A stretch of 64,000 nucleotides of DNA, taken from contig OX597830.1 in NCBI GenBank assembly GCA_951406725.2, forward strand, positions 63,922,001 through 63,986,000, written 5' to 3'. The stretch is from Octopus vulgaris (Eukaryota). The notes beneath the pieces were generated by a model, which searched no databases, was not told the DNA's origin, and saw nothing but the letters and a program-made list of their open reading frames with translations. A program made the position numbers and the translations under genes. The stretch's first letter is position 1, and each line of letters starts with the position of its first letter. Positions 34,484 through 45,582 of the stretch are shown here, piece by piece.

Positions 34484-37228
34484 TTACCACTTTGCAATTA
34501 AACTATCGCCATTTTCTATGCTGTAATGAGACAGTGGCTTAAAATCATTGTCTAATTCAACTTTTACTTCAGGATTTTCTCTGCTGATATAAGATAGTTT
34601 TAGATTAGTCATTTCCTGAATTTTAAAGAGTTTTTGTACAAGTGACTTCAGTTTTAGAATGGTTATGTCTGGAGACAATTTCTTGTTCTTCAATACTTTA
34701 TCAGGAATATTATCAGTTTGGATATCAACAGCAATTAATTTATCTTGTAGCAGAATTGTTTTAGTTATCAATGATTCTGGACTCGCATGTCCATATTTCT
34801 TCACCAGTTCTTTGTACCTTGAACAGGTTTTAGCTGTGTCTTCTTCACCAATATTTTTTTCTAATGCCTCCCTCTCAACCATATCTAGATAATATACTTC
34901 AGCATTTTTCCTTTCTTCATCACGAATAAGGGTTTTATCATATTTTTTTAAACTGCCAATTTTACCAACGGTAATATAAAATAGTTTGTCCTTATATACA
35001 GCTCCCAATGGGTTATTTGCTAAAATAAGCTCAGTCAGGTTGGCCAGTTTGCTAAGCTCATCGATTGATGACCGGTTATTGATGTCATTCTTGTTTAAAC
35101 TTAGACATTCAAGAGAACGAAAATGTGATGTTTTCTTGCCATCTTCCAAAGATACGTCATTAAAAGAGACGGATGTCAATTGATTGTTATTTACGTAAAG
35201 TGTGCTCAACTGAGGAAGCTGACCAAATTTTAAAAGTTCATTTTCATCACTAATACGATTGTTTGACAATGAGAGGAATTTTAGCTTTGTCAATTTTCCT
35301 GTGGAATCAATAAATGTTTCCAAATTATTGAAACTTGCATACAAACGTTGAAGTGATGGAAACATTGATGTAACAGATAAAATGTTAGCCCAGTTATAGT
35401 CCATCCTGTTCAGAATAAGTTCTTCTACATTTGTAAAAGATTTTGCAAACATTTCTACATTTTCAGGAATTATCAAACGGTTACTACTTACATTTAATAG
35501 TATTAGATTAGGAATAATGTTAGCAATTTCCACAACTTGAGTCCAACTCTTCAACAGGTTAGTAGAAAGATCTAGTTCTGTTAATTTTGAGGCAATTGAC
35601 GAAAACTGACTGGTCACTTCCTGGGAACCAAGACCATAAACTCCATAATTATTGAGAAACAGAATTCTTGGAGTCATAATTAAAACATCTTTAGCTTTAC
35701 AGGCATAAGCATCAGGAAAAGACTGTCCGAGGTTAATGTGAAGTGGGTTAATAAAGGAACCAGATTTAGGATGGCTTGCTTGATAATAACGCCTACCTTT
35801 ATAGCTACCGTCATGTTTTCCCCAATGAATTTCATCCCAGTCAATGCCAAACCAAATACCTTCCATTGTGTCAACTTCTCCTATATATTTTATCGTCCCA
35901 AAACAATTCTCACTTTCAATACGATCACCAATAACCAGTTTGCTTCCATCATTTCGGTTCATATCTGGAAATAATTTCTTGTTTCTGATCATTTCTTCTG
36001 GAATATCACCATCTGTTAAATGACTTTGGAGGGAATGCTTTTCAGGATATTCATAACCATATTTCTGTCCAAGTTCTTTGTACCTTGAACACGTTTTAGT
36101 TAAGTCTTCTTCACTGATATTTTTCTCTAATGCCTGTTTCTCAATCATGCGAAGATAAAATATTTCAGCATCTTTCTGTTTTTCATCATGGATAATAGTT
36201 TTTGCATACTTTTTTAAACTGCCAATTTTGGCAATTATCAAATTAAACAGTTTGTCCTCATCTATATCTGCTGTTGGATTATGAAGGAAAGAAAACTCGG
36301 TAAGGTTGGCTAATTTACTAAGCTCATCGATTGATGACAGGTTATCGATGAGGTTGCTGCTTAAATCTAAACACTTTAGAGAAGGAAAATATGTGGTTTT
36401 CTCACCGTCTTCCAAAGGTACGTCATTGAAGGAGACGGCTGTCAGTTGATTGTTATTTACAGAAAGTGTGCTCAATTGAGGAAGTTGACCAAGTTTTAAA
36501 AGTTCGTTCCAGTCACTTAAGCGATTGTCTATTAATGAGAGAAATTTCAGGTTTGTCAATTTCCCCGTGGAATCAGCCAATTTTTCCAAATTATTAAAAC
36601 ACACGTACAAACCTCGAAGGGACGGAAACATCGACGTAGCAGATAAAATGTCGACCCAGTCGTAGTTCATTCGGTTTAAAACCAGATCTTCTACTTTGGC
36701 AAAAGATTTTGACAAGTTTTCCGCGTGTTCAGGAATTATTAAACGGTTATTACTTACATTTAACTTCAACAGATTAGGAATTAAGTTAGTAATTTCAGCA
36801 ACTTGAGTCCAGTTCTTCAACAAATTACCAGAAAGATCTAGTTCCGTTATTTTTGACGCAATCGCCGAAAACTGACTGGTCACTTCCTGGGAACCAAGAC
36901 CATAGATTACATAATTATCGAGAATCAAAATTCTTGAGCGCACATCTACGATATCGCCATGTTTACAGACGTAAGCGTCAGGGAAAGATTGTCCCAATTT
37001 AGCCTTTATTGGTTTAATAAACGAACCAGATTTAGGATGTCCTGCTTGAAAGTAACGCCTACCTTTATAGCTTCCGTCATGTTTTCCCCGATGAATTTCA
37101 TCCCAATCAATGCCAAACCAAACACCTTCCATCGCGTCAACTTCTCCTATATATTTTATCGTCCCAAAATAATCATCACATTCGATACGATCACCAATAA
37201 CCAGTTCGCTTCCATCATTTCGGTTCAT
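34484..37228 (-). CDS. TBCE: Tandem-fused TBCE homolog, intronless CDS, 914 aa: (CAP-Gly + LRR) x2 + one UBL
   Basis: Single open frame. Aa 1-422 are a TBCE unit truncated at the start of the UBL. Aa 423-914 (second MNRNDG, ATG at 35962) are a complete 492-aa TBCE colinear with the + strand gene. Confidence 0.92.
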   Translation of the reverse strand: MNRNDGSELVIGDRIECDDYFGTIKYIGEVDAMEGVWFGIDWDEIHRGKHDGSYKGRRYFQAGHPKSGSFIKPIKAKLGQSFPDAYVCKHGDIVDVRSRILILDNYVIYGLGSQEVTSQFSAIASKITELDLSGNLLKNWTQVAEITNLIPNLLKLNVSNNRLIIPEHAENLSKSFAKVEDLVLNRMNYDWVDILSATSMFPSLRGLYVCFNNLEKLADSTGKLTNLKFLSLIDNRLSDWNELLKLGQLPQLSTLSVNNNQLTAVSFNDVPLEDGEKTTYFPSLKCLDLSSNLIDNLSSIDELSKLANLTEFSFLHNPTADIDEDKLFNLIIAKIGSLKKYAKTIIHDEKQKDAEIFYLRMIEKQALEKNISEEDLTKTCSRYKELGQKYGYEYPEKHSLQSHLTDGDIPEEMIRNKKLFPDMNRNDGSKLVIGDRIESENCFGTIKYIGEVDTMEGIWFGIDWDEIHWGKHDGSYKGRRYYQASHPKSGSFINPLHINLGQSFPDAYACKAKDVLIMTPRILFLNNYGVYGLGSQEVTSQFSSIASKLTELDLSTNLLKSWTQVVEIANIIPNLILLNVSSNRLIIPENVEMFAKSFTNVEELILNRMDYNWANILSVTSMFPSLQRLYASFNNLETFIDSTGKLTKLKFLSLSNNRISDENELLKFGQLPQLSTLYVNNNQLTSVSFNDVSLEDGKKTSHFRSLECLSLNKNDINNRSSIDELSKLANLTELILANNPLGAVYKDKLFYITVGKIGSLKKYDKTLIRDEERKNAEVYYLDMVEREALEKNIGEEDTAKTCSRYKELVKKYGHASPESLITKTILLQDKLIAVDIQTDNIPDKVLKNKKLSPDITILKLKSLVQKLFKIQEMTNLKLSYISRENPEVKVELDNDFKPLSHYSIENGDSLIAKW

Positions 37229-37329
37229 GTTTGGAGATAATTTTTCCTCCGTAGTTTCTAAGGAATTACCTCGCTTCCACTGGAAACTATGAGAGTGATT
37301 TCCCTTAGATAAACACTCTTTTTTTCCCT

Positions 37330-37600
37330 CTTTTGTTTGTTCTTTTTATATATAAAAGATAAAAAGAAACAAGTTTTGTGACGAAGGGGGGGAGAAAACG
37401 TGGAGTGTCACGTGGGGAAGGCGGTGGCAAACCCGCGGGAATAAAACTGATTTACTATGGTAGCTGGTTATTTTTTTTCTCTTTTTCCAACTTTTCTGGA
37501 AGTTTGTCCTCTTACGTCAACCACTGGCAGCACCTCGCACCCGAAAAATTCGGCGCAAACAATGTCGTTATGTAGTTGATACCTGATGACGTAAACTATC
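37330..37600 (-). promoter_or_regulatory. Putative promoter of the fused TBCE gene
   Basis: Palindromic ttttatatataaaa (37344-37357) about 25-35 bp beyond the end of 5'-leader homology with the other gene; CpG-rich; E-box gtcacgtg; CRE-like ttacgtca and tgacgtaa. Confidence 0.5.
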
Positions 37601-37854
37601 TGATATAGTGTTTAGTGCTCCAGCATGGCCGTAGTCAAAATGTCTGGAGCAAGTAAAAGAATAGAAAATATAGTTATTTAAGTTTTTTGCTTTTATTTTT
37701 TTAATCTTTTTATTTTTCCTGAAATATTATAATCCCAAGGACACCTGTACCTGAGTGTCACTCGGTAGAATGGCGAAGTTTTGCGATTATAAACGTTATT
37801 TTAAATTAAATTAAACCTTTTATTAACGTGAATTCACAGTATAAAGACAGGTGG

Positions 37855-37892
<38 letters not shown>

Positions 37893-39585
37893 TCTTTTAC
37901 TCGTTTCTGTCATTTTGATTGTGGCCATGCTGGAGCACCGCCTTTAGTCGAACAAATCGCCCCCCTGGATTTAGTCTTTGTAAGCCTGGTACTTATTCTA
38001 TCGGACGCTTTTGCCGAACCACTAGCTTATGGGGACGTAAGCACACCAAGATCGATTTTTCAAGCGATGGGGTGCGTGCGTGTGTGTGTGTGTGTGTGTT
38101 CAATTACATCAAGGATATAAAATCGAGTACAGGTAATAAAAAAAACCGATAGAATAAGTACTAGGCTCACAAAGAATAAGTCCTGGGGTCGATTTGCTCG
38201 ACTAAAGGCGGTGCTCCAGCATGGCCACAGTCAAATGACTGAAACAAGTAAAAGTAAGTATTTATATATAATCTTTCAAGTAGGATTTAATGAGGCTGCG
38301 CTGTAAGAAGTTCATTTCCCATCCATATAGTTTTGGGCAAATGTCTTCTATTATAGCCCTGGGTTGATCAAAGGTTTGAGACTGGTAGCCGTTGTGTGTG
38401 CGTGTGTATAGGGGGGGGGTGTTACTGTCTTCTTGCCTTGACATTGTGTGACAGTTGTAAACAAGTGTCATTCTCATGCAAGCTGTGTCCTTTGATTTCA
38501 GTCTGGCCATGGGAAACCTCATTTGGGAAAAAATGAGAGTTGGCCACAGGGAGGACGGTAGAAAAATCTGCTTCACCAAATTCTGTCAAACTCATGTAAG
38601 CAGCTGGGAAAAGTGAACATTAAAATGATGATGATGATGATGATGACGACGGCGACGACGCTAATGATGGTGATGATGATGACGATGACGACGGCGACGA
38701 CGCTAATGATGGTGATGATGATATTTCGCTGCTAAAATAGGTCATGAGAATTTTATTGAACATGGCCTTCACATTTATCTTAAACGTGTATAAATTTTGA
38801 GATTAGATTAGGCCGTCCATATTTCTCTGATAACTCAGTAGATTTTTTTCATTTGAATAACATTCGCCGCGTGTTATTAATTTTATTGTTGATATATAAA
38901 TAAAAGCCCCTCTTATCGAAGTTCAAACTGATAACAGAATTGCGAGGACTGTTCCACTGTGACATAAACTTATTTATATGAGAAATTAACAATGTTGAAT
39001 TAACATTCAATAAAATGCAAATTTATACTTTTGTTACGTTTTTACTATTATACCCATCATAAGTAAGTTGGAAAAATTCTTAGCATGCTAGACAAAATGT
39101 CTAGCAGCATTTCATCCATCTCTACATTCTGAATTTAAATTCCACTTATGAGAGCGGTTGGGTTTGTTTTCAGTAATCTCGCTTGTGTGAGCAGACGAGT
39201 TTATTTCAGATATTCTCATTTTAAAAATCATCTCTGACTAATTGTTGAGAGGACGTTGGTGTTGCCTTGGCGGAAGTTTGCGCTCTCTGAGTGCACTTGT
39301 TATTATTATTATTTTTACAATTATTATCATTATTATTATTATTATTATTATTGAGTGAGCGAGCAGAGCATGCCATCAAAGTGACACTGGGGTAAAATAT
39401 ACGAAGCCCAGTATACCCATCATGACTACCCGTCTGATAAGGGTACACCAGGCACATGCATCACAACCATATGTGCGCGACATGGTGATCTCATATCAAG
39501 ATAAACAGCACATGACCTTGCAGGTGGAGCCCAGTTAGAATTTTCTTCAGATCGAGTAACCCATATTATTATTATTATTTTTATA

Positions 39586-39617
<32 letters not shown>

Positions 39618-39630
39618 AATTAATATTATC

Positions 39631-39830
39631 ATTTCCTCAATTTTATGAAAGCAGAATAATTACCTGTTTAAAGTTATCATAGACAGGAATGTATTAAAGC
39701 CAGAATTACCATTTTGCAATTAAACTATCGCCATTTTCTAAGCTGTAATGAGACAGTGGCTTAAAATCATTGTCTAATTCAACTTTTACTTCAGGATTTT
39801 CTCTACTGATATAAGATAGTTTTAAGATTA
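39631..39830 (-). pseudogene. TBCE: Third TBCE copy, 3' remnant (last ~40 codons plus 3'UTR)
   Basis: LKLSYISRENPEVKVELDNDFKPLSHYSLENGDSLIAKW* (stop 39706-39708); nearly identical to ~34408-34608. Confidence 0.9.
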
Positions 39831-39837
39831 ATGAAAT

Positions 39838-39990
39838 ACAGAGTGGTATAAAAAAGTCCCCGGAATAGTTATGGTTAATAAAAAAAAAACTAACTTATTT
39901 ACCTGAGTTTTAACATCATCTTCGAAATAATCACCTTGCGCAGCGTTCCTGTCACTTCTGGAATCCGGCCTTGAAGTCGTTTTCCGTAAA
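39838..39990 (-). mobile_element. mariner 3' terminal fragment abutting the TBCE remnant
   Basis: Minus strand ENDFKAGFQK...AAQGDYFEDD (mariner C-terminus like G.YFE); TA|cagagtggtataaaaaagtccccggaa TIR-like end. Confidence 0.55.
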
Positions 39991-40471
39991 CGAGTCCAAA
40001 ACACACACACAAATACATATATACCGAATATATGTATTTGTGTGTGTCCTTGTCTTGACATTGTGTGATAGTTGTAAAGGATTGGTCTTGCTATACAACC
40101 AGCATCATTCATTCTTAATATTCTACAAAAGCCACGAGGAGATTGTTTTAAACAGTCACCTGAAGAAATGTATCTTGAATGTTTGATAACACAATATGTT
40201 AATTATATCATCTTACCAATGTACTACAAGTGTAAAAATGTGTCGAAACACTTGTAGCGATTTAAATAAAGAATGTCCTTCAATCCATTTTCTATTATCT
40301 ATTTATGTAAGCTTTACGGATAGTGTAGAATTTCTGATGTATATCTAGTAGCAAGAATATTTCTAGTTTGCTAACATTCAGTAGTCAATAATACGGACAA
40401 GCTTTGCATAGCATTCTACTAAACACATAGATATATAGATATATACACAGAAACATATATACATGTATAAA

Positions 40472-40522
<51 letters not shown>

Positions 40523-40670
40523 AGAATTTACGAAAAAAGACAAAAGACGAAGACAGGTGGAGTACAAAACAAACAGATGTATTAGTATAACGCTCAGGAA
40601 TAGAAAAAGTCTTTTACGTTTCGAGCCTACGCTCTTCTACAGAAAGGGACACAGAAAAAACAAGGAGAGA

Positions 40671-40748
<78 letters not shown>

Positions 40749-41118
40749 TCTTTACTCTCTTACTTGTTTCAGTCATTTGACTGCGGCCATGCTGGAGCAC
40801 CGCCTTTAGTCGAGCAAATCGACCCCAGTACTTATTCTTTGTAAGCCCAGTTTTTATTCTATCGGTCTCTTTTGCCGAACCGCTACCAGTACCAGCACCA
40901 GCGGGGTCACCAAGTAACTTGCAAGACAAGGCAAAGTTCCCTTTTACTAGGGGAAGTAGTATTGAGAAGGATAGGTTTGTGCCAGCTGATCAGAGGTTAA
41001 AAGAACAATAAAGGGATGGAGATAGGTGTCCTGCAGTAGACGAGATACAAGGATATCCCTATTGGAGGGGAAGGGAGAAGTAGGCTTGTGTGTGTGTGTG
41101 TGTGTGAGTGTATACATA

Positions 41119-41861
41119 TGTAGCGAATCCTGCAAGCATGAATTGAATTCGATCCACCATAGCCAAATTTAAATCAATACTGCTACATAACTTTTCCCAC
41201 GATGGAACAATGGTTTTTCTCCGACAGCAGTTTTACATTTCCCAGATGCCTTTAGCTAGGCCAAAACAATGTCTTCACCACTTGACCCTATCTAACCTCT
41301 TCTACTTCACCAAAAGCTAGAATAAGAGATAACAAGACCACAAACTAAATCTATTGTTCTCAACGATATATCTATCCTTCTGGATCTTAATATAAGCAAG
41401 CACATCCCAAGCAAAAATCAGTTAGTCACCAGCCGGGTGACGACTCCTGCAGTCAGTCACATCGTGACGACTCAACGAGATCTAGTTGACCAACCTTGGT
41501 CAGAGGGAGAAAGCAACTGTGAGACAACACCCTATAATTCTCTCTAGTTCTAATTCTGTTCTCTTACACACCTATCTATCTGTCTCAGCAATTACTACTA
41601 GACAATGAAAAGAACCCAAACACATCTAACTTTCTTTCGCATGCTTTTGGATTTATCAAAACCTGCCCGTCGAGGTAAGGTATTGTAACGTAACGGTAAA
41701 ATAAAATATTTCCTTAAAACTTTATACACTTTGTTCTTACACATCTTACAACATGCAATTATGACAACAAATTATTATCGTTACCACTGCCTCCACCGAC
41801 ATTTCAATAATATTGTCAACAAATCAATTTAAATCCGTTACAACTAAAAATTCGATACCGT

Positions 41862-41865
<4 letters not shown>
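41119..41865 (+). mobile_element. Putative solo LTR
   Basis: tgtagcg...cgttaca termini; internal TATA-like and AATAAA signals; 41225-41430 homologous to 51700-51900; sits in TA repeats. Confidence 0.55.
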
Positions 41866-41918
<53 letters not shown>

Positions 41919-42136
41919 TATACACATTCAAAATGTGACTGCGTGTGTACCGTTGGCGATTTTTTTCCTCTGTCTTCCCTTCTCTGGATATTTCCTTCTC
42001 CTACATTTCCGACGAAGAGCTCCGCTCGAAACGTTAAACCCTCCTTCTTTCCTTCCTTCCTGAGCGTCCAATAATACTATATTTGTTCCACTTCCTCGCG
42101 TTGTTGTATTTTTTCTTTGTGTTTTCATGTTTGGAT

Positions 42137-42193
<57 letters not shown>

Positions 42194-42195
<2 letters not shown>

Positions 42196-44074
42196 TAGCA
42201 GCATAGCCCGGCGTTGCCCGGGTATGTAAGAGCCCCTAGTAGGCAACGACTAATCCCAATCTAGTCCTTTCCCTCTAGGGAACGAAGGCGCATGTGTAGG
42301 TTTCAATGTCTTCTCTTCACTCCCAAATAACTATCAAACAGCTATCGATAATTCAACCCAACCAATTCCTACCAGGAAGAAATTACATTCGAGACTTTAC
42401 CCCCAACACCGCCACTTCTGCTAATAGCTGCTGCAGCCGCAAGTTATTCGAATACTTTTTTTGTTTAAACTTTCTTTATAACTACCACCCCAAACGTTTT
42501 ACCTTAAATTTTTGACGTACCCTAAGGGTCCTCGGACGCTACTTGCAAACTCTTGGTTTATTATAAACCGCTTTTGTCGTGTGCACCAAAAAACTTTTTC
42601 CATTCGTTTGTTCAGTTTGGTCACTTTTGACTTTTTCGTTGTTGTCACTCACATTGCTGCCCGCTTTTTTTGCCGTTTTTGTACATTTTTATACATTTTG
42701 GGATACTTACCCCACGTGTTCCGAGAGTTAAAAAGGTCGAGTTGCGTACCCTAGACAGTCTGTAGAAAATGTGTTTAATACACAAATCGGTTTGCTATGT
42801 GTGCCACATATAATAATAATGAAATTAATTGTATACAGTGCTCAGGTGCACCACAACTTGTCAGAAAGTGCATATAAAGTACATGCAGTAATGTACAAAT
42901 GTCTGGAAAGTGAACAGTGTATGAGTCAGATACATGCTTGTGTGTGTATGGAGGGGAGAAAATCAGGTGTAGTGTTGGCAAATCTCAGGAAGCATGGAAG
43001 TTTTGAAGGATGCAGTGCTCCGACAACTAACAACTGATGCCGGCAGTTTGTTCCATGCTTCAGCAACTCTCAGCGTGAAAAAATGTTTCCTGAAGTCATG
43101 GGAGCTGTGCTGTTTTCTTACTTTGTAAATATGTCCACGGGTGTTAGATGGGTGGAGTTTGAAAAGGTGCTCAGAGTTATTGTTTGTACGATGGTTGATA
43201 ATTTTATGGGTGTCTGCCAAGTCAGCTGCCAGACGTCGGAGTTTCAATGTGTCCATGCCCAGGGAAGTAAGGCGTTCAGGATATGGCAAATGCCTGATGG
43301 AGGGTATTCTTTTGGTTGCACGTCGCTGAACAGCTTCCAGACGATTGATATCCTGGGCAAGATAGGGATTCCAGACCGGTGATGCAAATTCCAGGTGAGG
43401 TCTTACTATAGCTATATAAAGCCGCAGATAGATAGCCGGAGAGCGGCTCACAAAGGATTTGGTGAGTGATGCCAAGACACCCTCAGCCTTCTTGACAATT
43501 TTAGCGATGTGTTTTGTCCAACGCAAATCACTGTCGACAATAACACCCAGGTCACGTTCAACCGATTTTTTCCAGTAATAAAGTATCCTATTGGAATAAA
43601 AAGGGCCATATAGCTCCTTGGAGCAGATACGATGCTCGTTGTGAATTTAAAAAAAAATTCCTGCCAATTCGTGAAAGATATTGTCGAAAATACGTCATCT
43701 TGAATTTGAACGCGATTTCCCAAAATGGCATGATTTTATCGATTTTTTCTGATGGTAAGGTATTGCATGGAAAACTAACGTCAGAATTAAGTTTCTTAGG
43801 GTAACATTAAGCTTCACCATGAGTTTGGTGAAAATCGATTGCAAGTTGCGAAAACTACAACAGAAAATGTGTTGCATATAAAAAGCTTAGATTCTCGACC
43901 CCATGTCGAATTTATCGATTTTTTCAGAACTGGGGGAACTTTTCAAAATTTTCGCTGCGTTAGTTTTGAATTATGACATTGGGCTATGTGTGTGTCAAGT
44001 TTCATCAGAATCGGTTGAAAGCTGTGGTCAGGGTGAGGGTACAACCTGACAGACACACAGACAGACAAACTGCC

Positions 44075-44080
<6 letters not shown>
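42194..44080 (+). mobile_element. Helitron-like non-autonomous element containing a nested CR1 fragment
   Basis: Same actagcag...cccggcgttgcccggg start and gacagacacacagacagac...tttatatat end architecture as 33894-34405. Confidence 0.6.
42810..43562 (-). mobile_element. CR1-clade LINE 3' fragment (same family as 28012)
   Basis: ORF 42963..43526 (RWTKHIAKIVKKAEGVLASL...VRPHLEFASPVWNPY...WNKLPASVV) aligns with the C-terminus of the 28012 copy; shared gtgcacctgagcactgt 3' motif and ATT tail. Confidence 0.93.
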
Positions 44081-44116
<36 letters not shown>

Positions 44117-44132
44117 TTTTATTCGTTTTACT

Positions 44133-45514
44133 AGTATGCTATTAAAATCTTTTTCTACTATAGGCACAAGGCCTGAAATTTGGGGGAGAGGGTAATCGAT
44201 TACATCGACACCAGTACTTAACTGATACTTAATTTATCGACTCCGAAAGGATGAAAGGCAAAGTTGACCTCGGTAGAATTTGAACTCAGAACGTAAAGAC
44301 AGACGAAATACTGCGAAGCATTTCGCCCGGCATGCTAACGTTTCTTATTTCTTTATTACCCACAAGGGGCTAAACATAGAAGGGACAAACAAGGACAGAC
44401 GAACGGATAAAGTTAATTATATCGACCCCAGTGTGTAACTGGTACTTAATTTATTGACCCCGAAAGGATGAAAGGCAAAGTCGACCTCGGCGGAATTTGA
44501 ACTCAGAACGTAACGGCAGACGAAAAATTGCTAAGCATTTCGTCCGACGTGCTAACGATTCTGCCAGCTCACCGCTCATTCATGCTGAAAGTATGTGTGT
44601 TCGTCAGAGTATGTGTATATAAGTGTGTAAGAAATTTCATTAGGACGGCAGAGTGATTTTAGAAAGGTGTGTAAAAGAGACTTTATTTGAATAGCATACT
44701 AAGGCAGCGAGCTGGCAGAAACGTTAGCACGCCGGGCGAAATGCTTAGCGGTATTTCGTCTGCCGTTACGTTCTGAGTTCAAATTCCACCGAGGTCGACT
44801 TTGCCTTTCATCCTTTCGGGGTCGATAAATCAAGTACCAGTTACGCACTGGAATCGATGTGATCGACTTAATCCGTTTGTTTGTCCTTGTTTATCCCCTC
44901 TATGTTTAGCCCCTTGTGGGTAATAAAGAAACAGGTATTTCGTCTGCCGCTACGTTCTAAGTTCAAATTCCGCCGAGGTCGACTTTGCCTTTCTTCCTTT
45001 CGGGGTCAATTAAATAAGTACCAGTTACGCTCTAAAGTCGATATAATCGACTTAATCCGTTTGTCTGTCCTTGTTTGTCCTCTCTGTGTTTAGCCCCTTG
45101 TGGGTAGTAAAGAATTAGGTATTTCGTCTGCTGCTACGTTCTAAGTTCAAATTCCGCCGAGGTCGACATTGCCTTTCATCCTTTCGGGGTCAATTAAATA
45201 AGTACCAGTTACGCACTGGGGTCGATATAATCGACTTAATCCGTTTGTCTGTCCTAGTTTGTCCCTTCTATGTTTAGCCCCTTGTGGGCAATAAAGAAAT
45301 AAGAAACGTTAGCATGCCGGGCGAAATGCTTAGCAGTATTTCGTCTGTCTTTACGATCTGAGTTGAAATTCTACCGAGGTCAACTTTGCCTTTCATCCTT
45401 TCGGAGTCGATAAATTAAGTACCAGTTACGCACTGGGGTCGATATAATCGATTACCCTCTCCCCCAAATTTCAGGCCTTGTGCCTATAGTAGAAAAGGAT
45501 TTTAATAGCATACT
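44133..45514. repeat. Divergently oriented SINE-A arrays (dimer -, tetramer +) forming a large inverted repeat
   Basis: 44133-~44520 is the reverse complement of ~45125-45514; the tetramer 44701-45503 is flanked by the 11-bp TSD aatagcatact. Confidence 0.85.
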
Positions 45515-45535
45515 TTTCCATTAATAAATGTTTTT

Positions 45536-45582
<47 letters not shown>

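Noticed and set aside
21870-37228. Inverted TBCE copies as a pure haplotype or assembly artefact
   Set aside because: Different promoters, C-termini, variable patches and 3'UTRs indicate real paralogs; local consensus collapse still needs a read check
21858-37240. Short antisense ORFs over the TBCE genes that appear conserved between copies
   Set aside because: Shadows of the duplicated sense CDS
44701-45503. Regularly spaced repeats resembling a CRISPR array
   Set aside because: Units are ~190-bp SINE copies without unique spacers, in eukaryotic DNA
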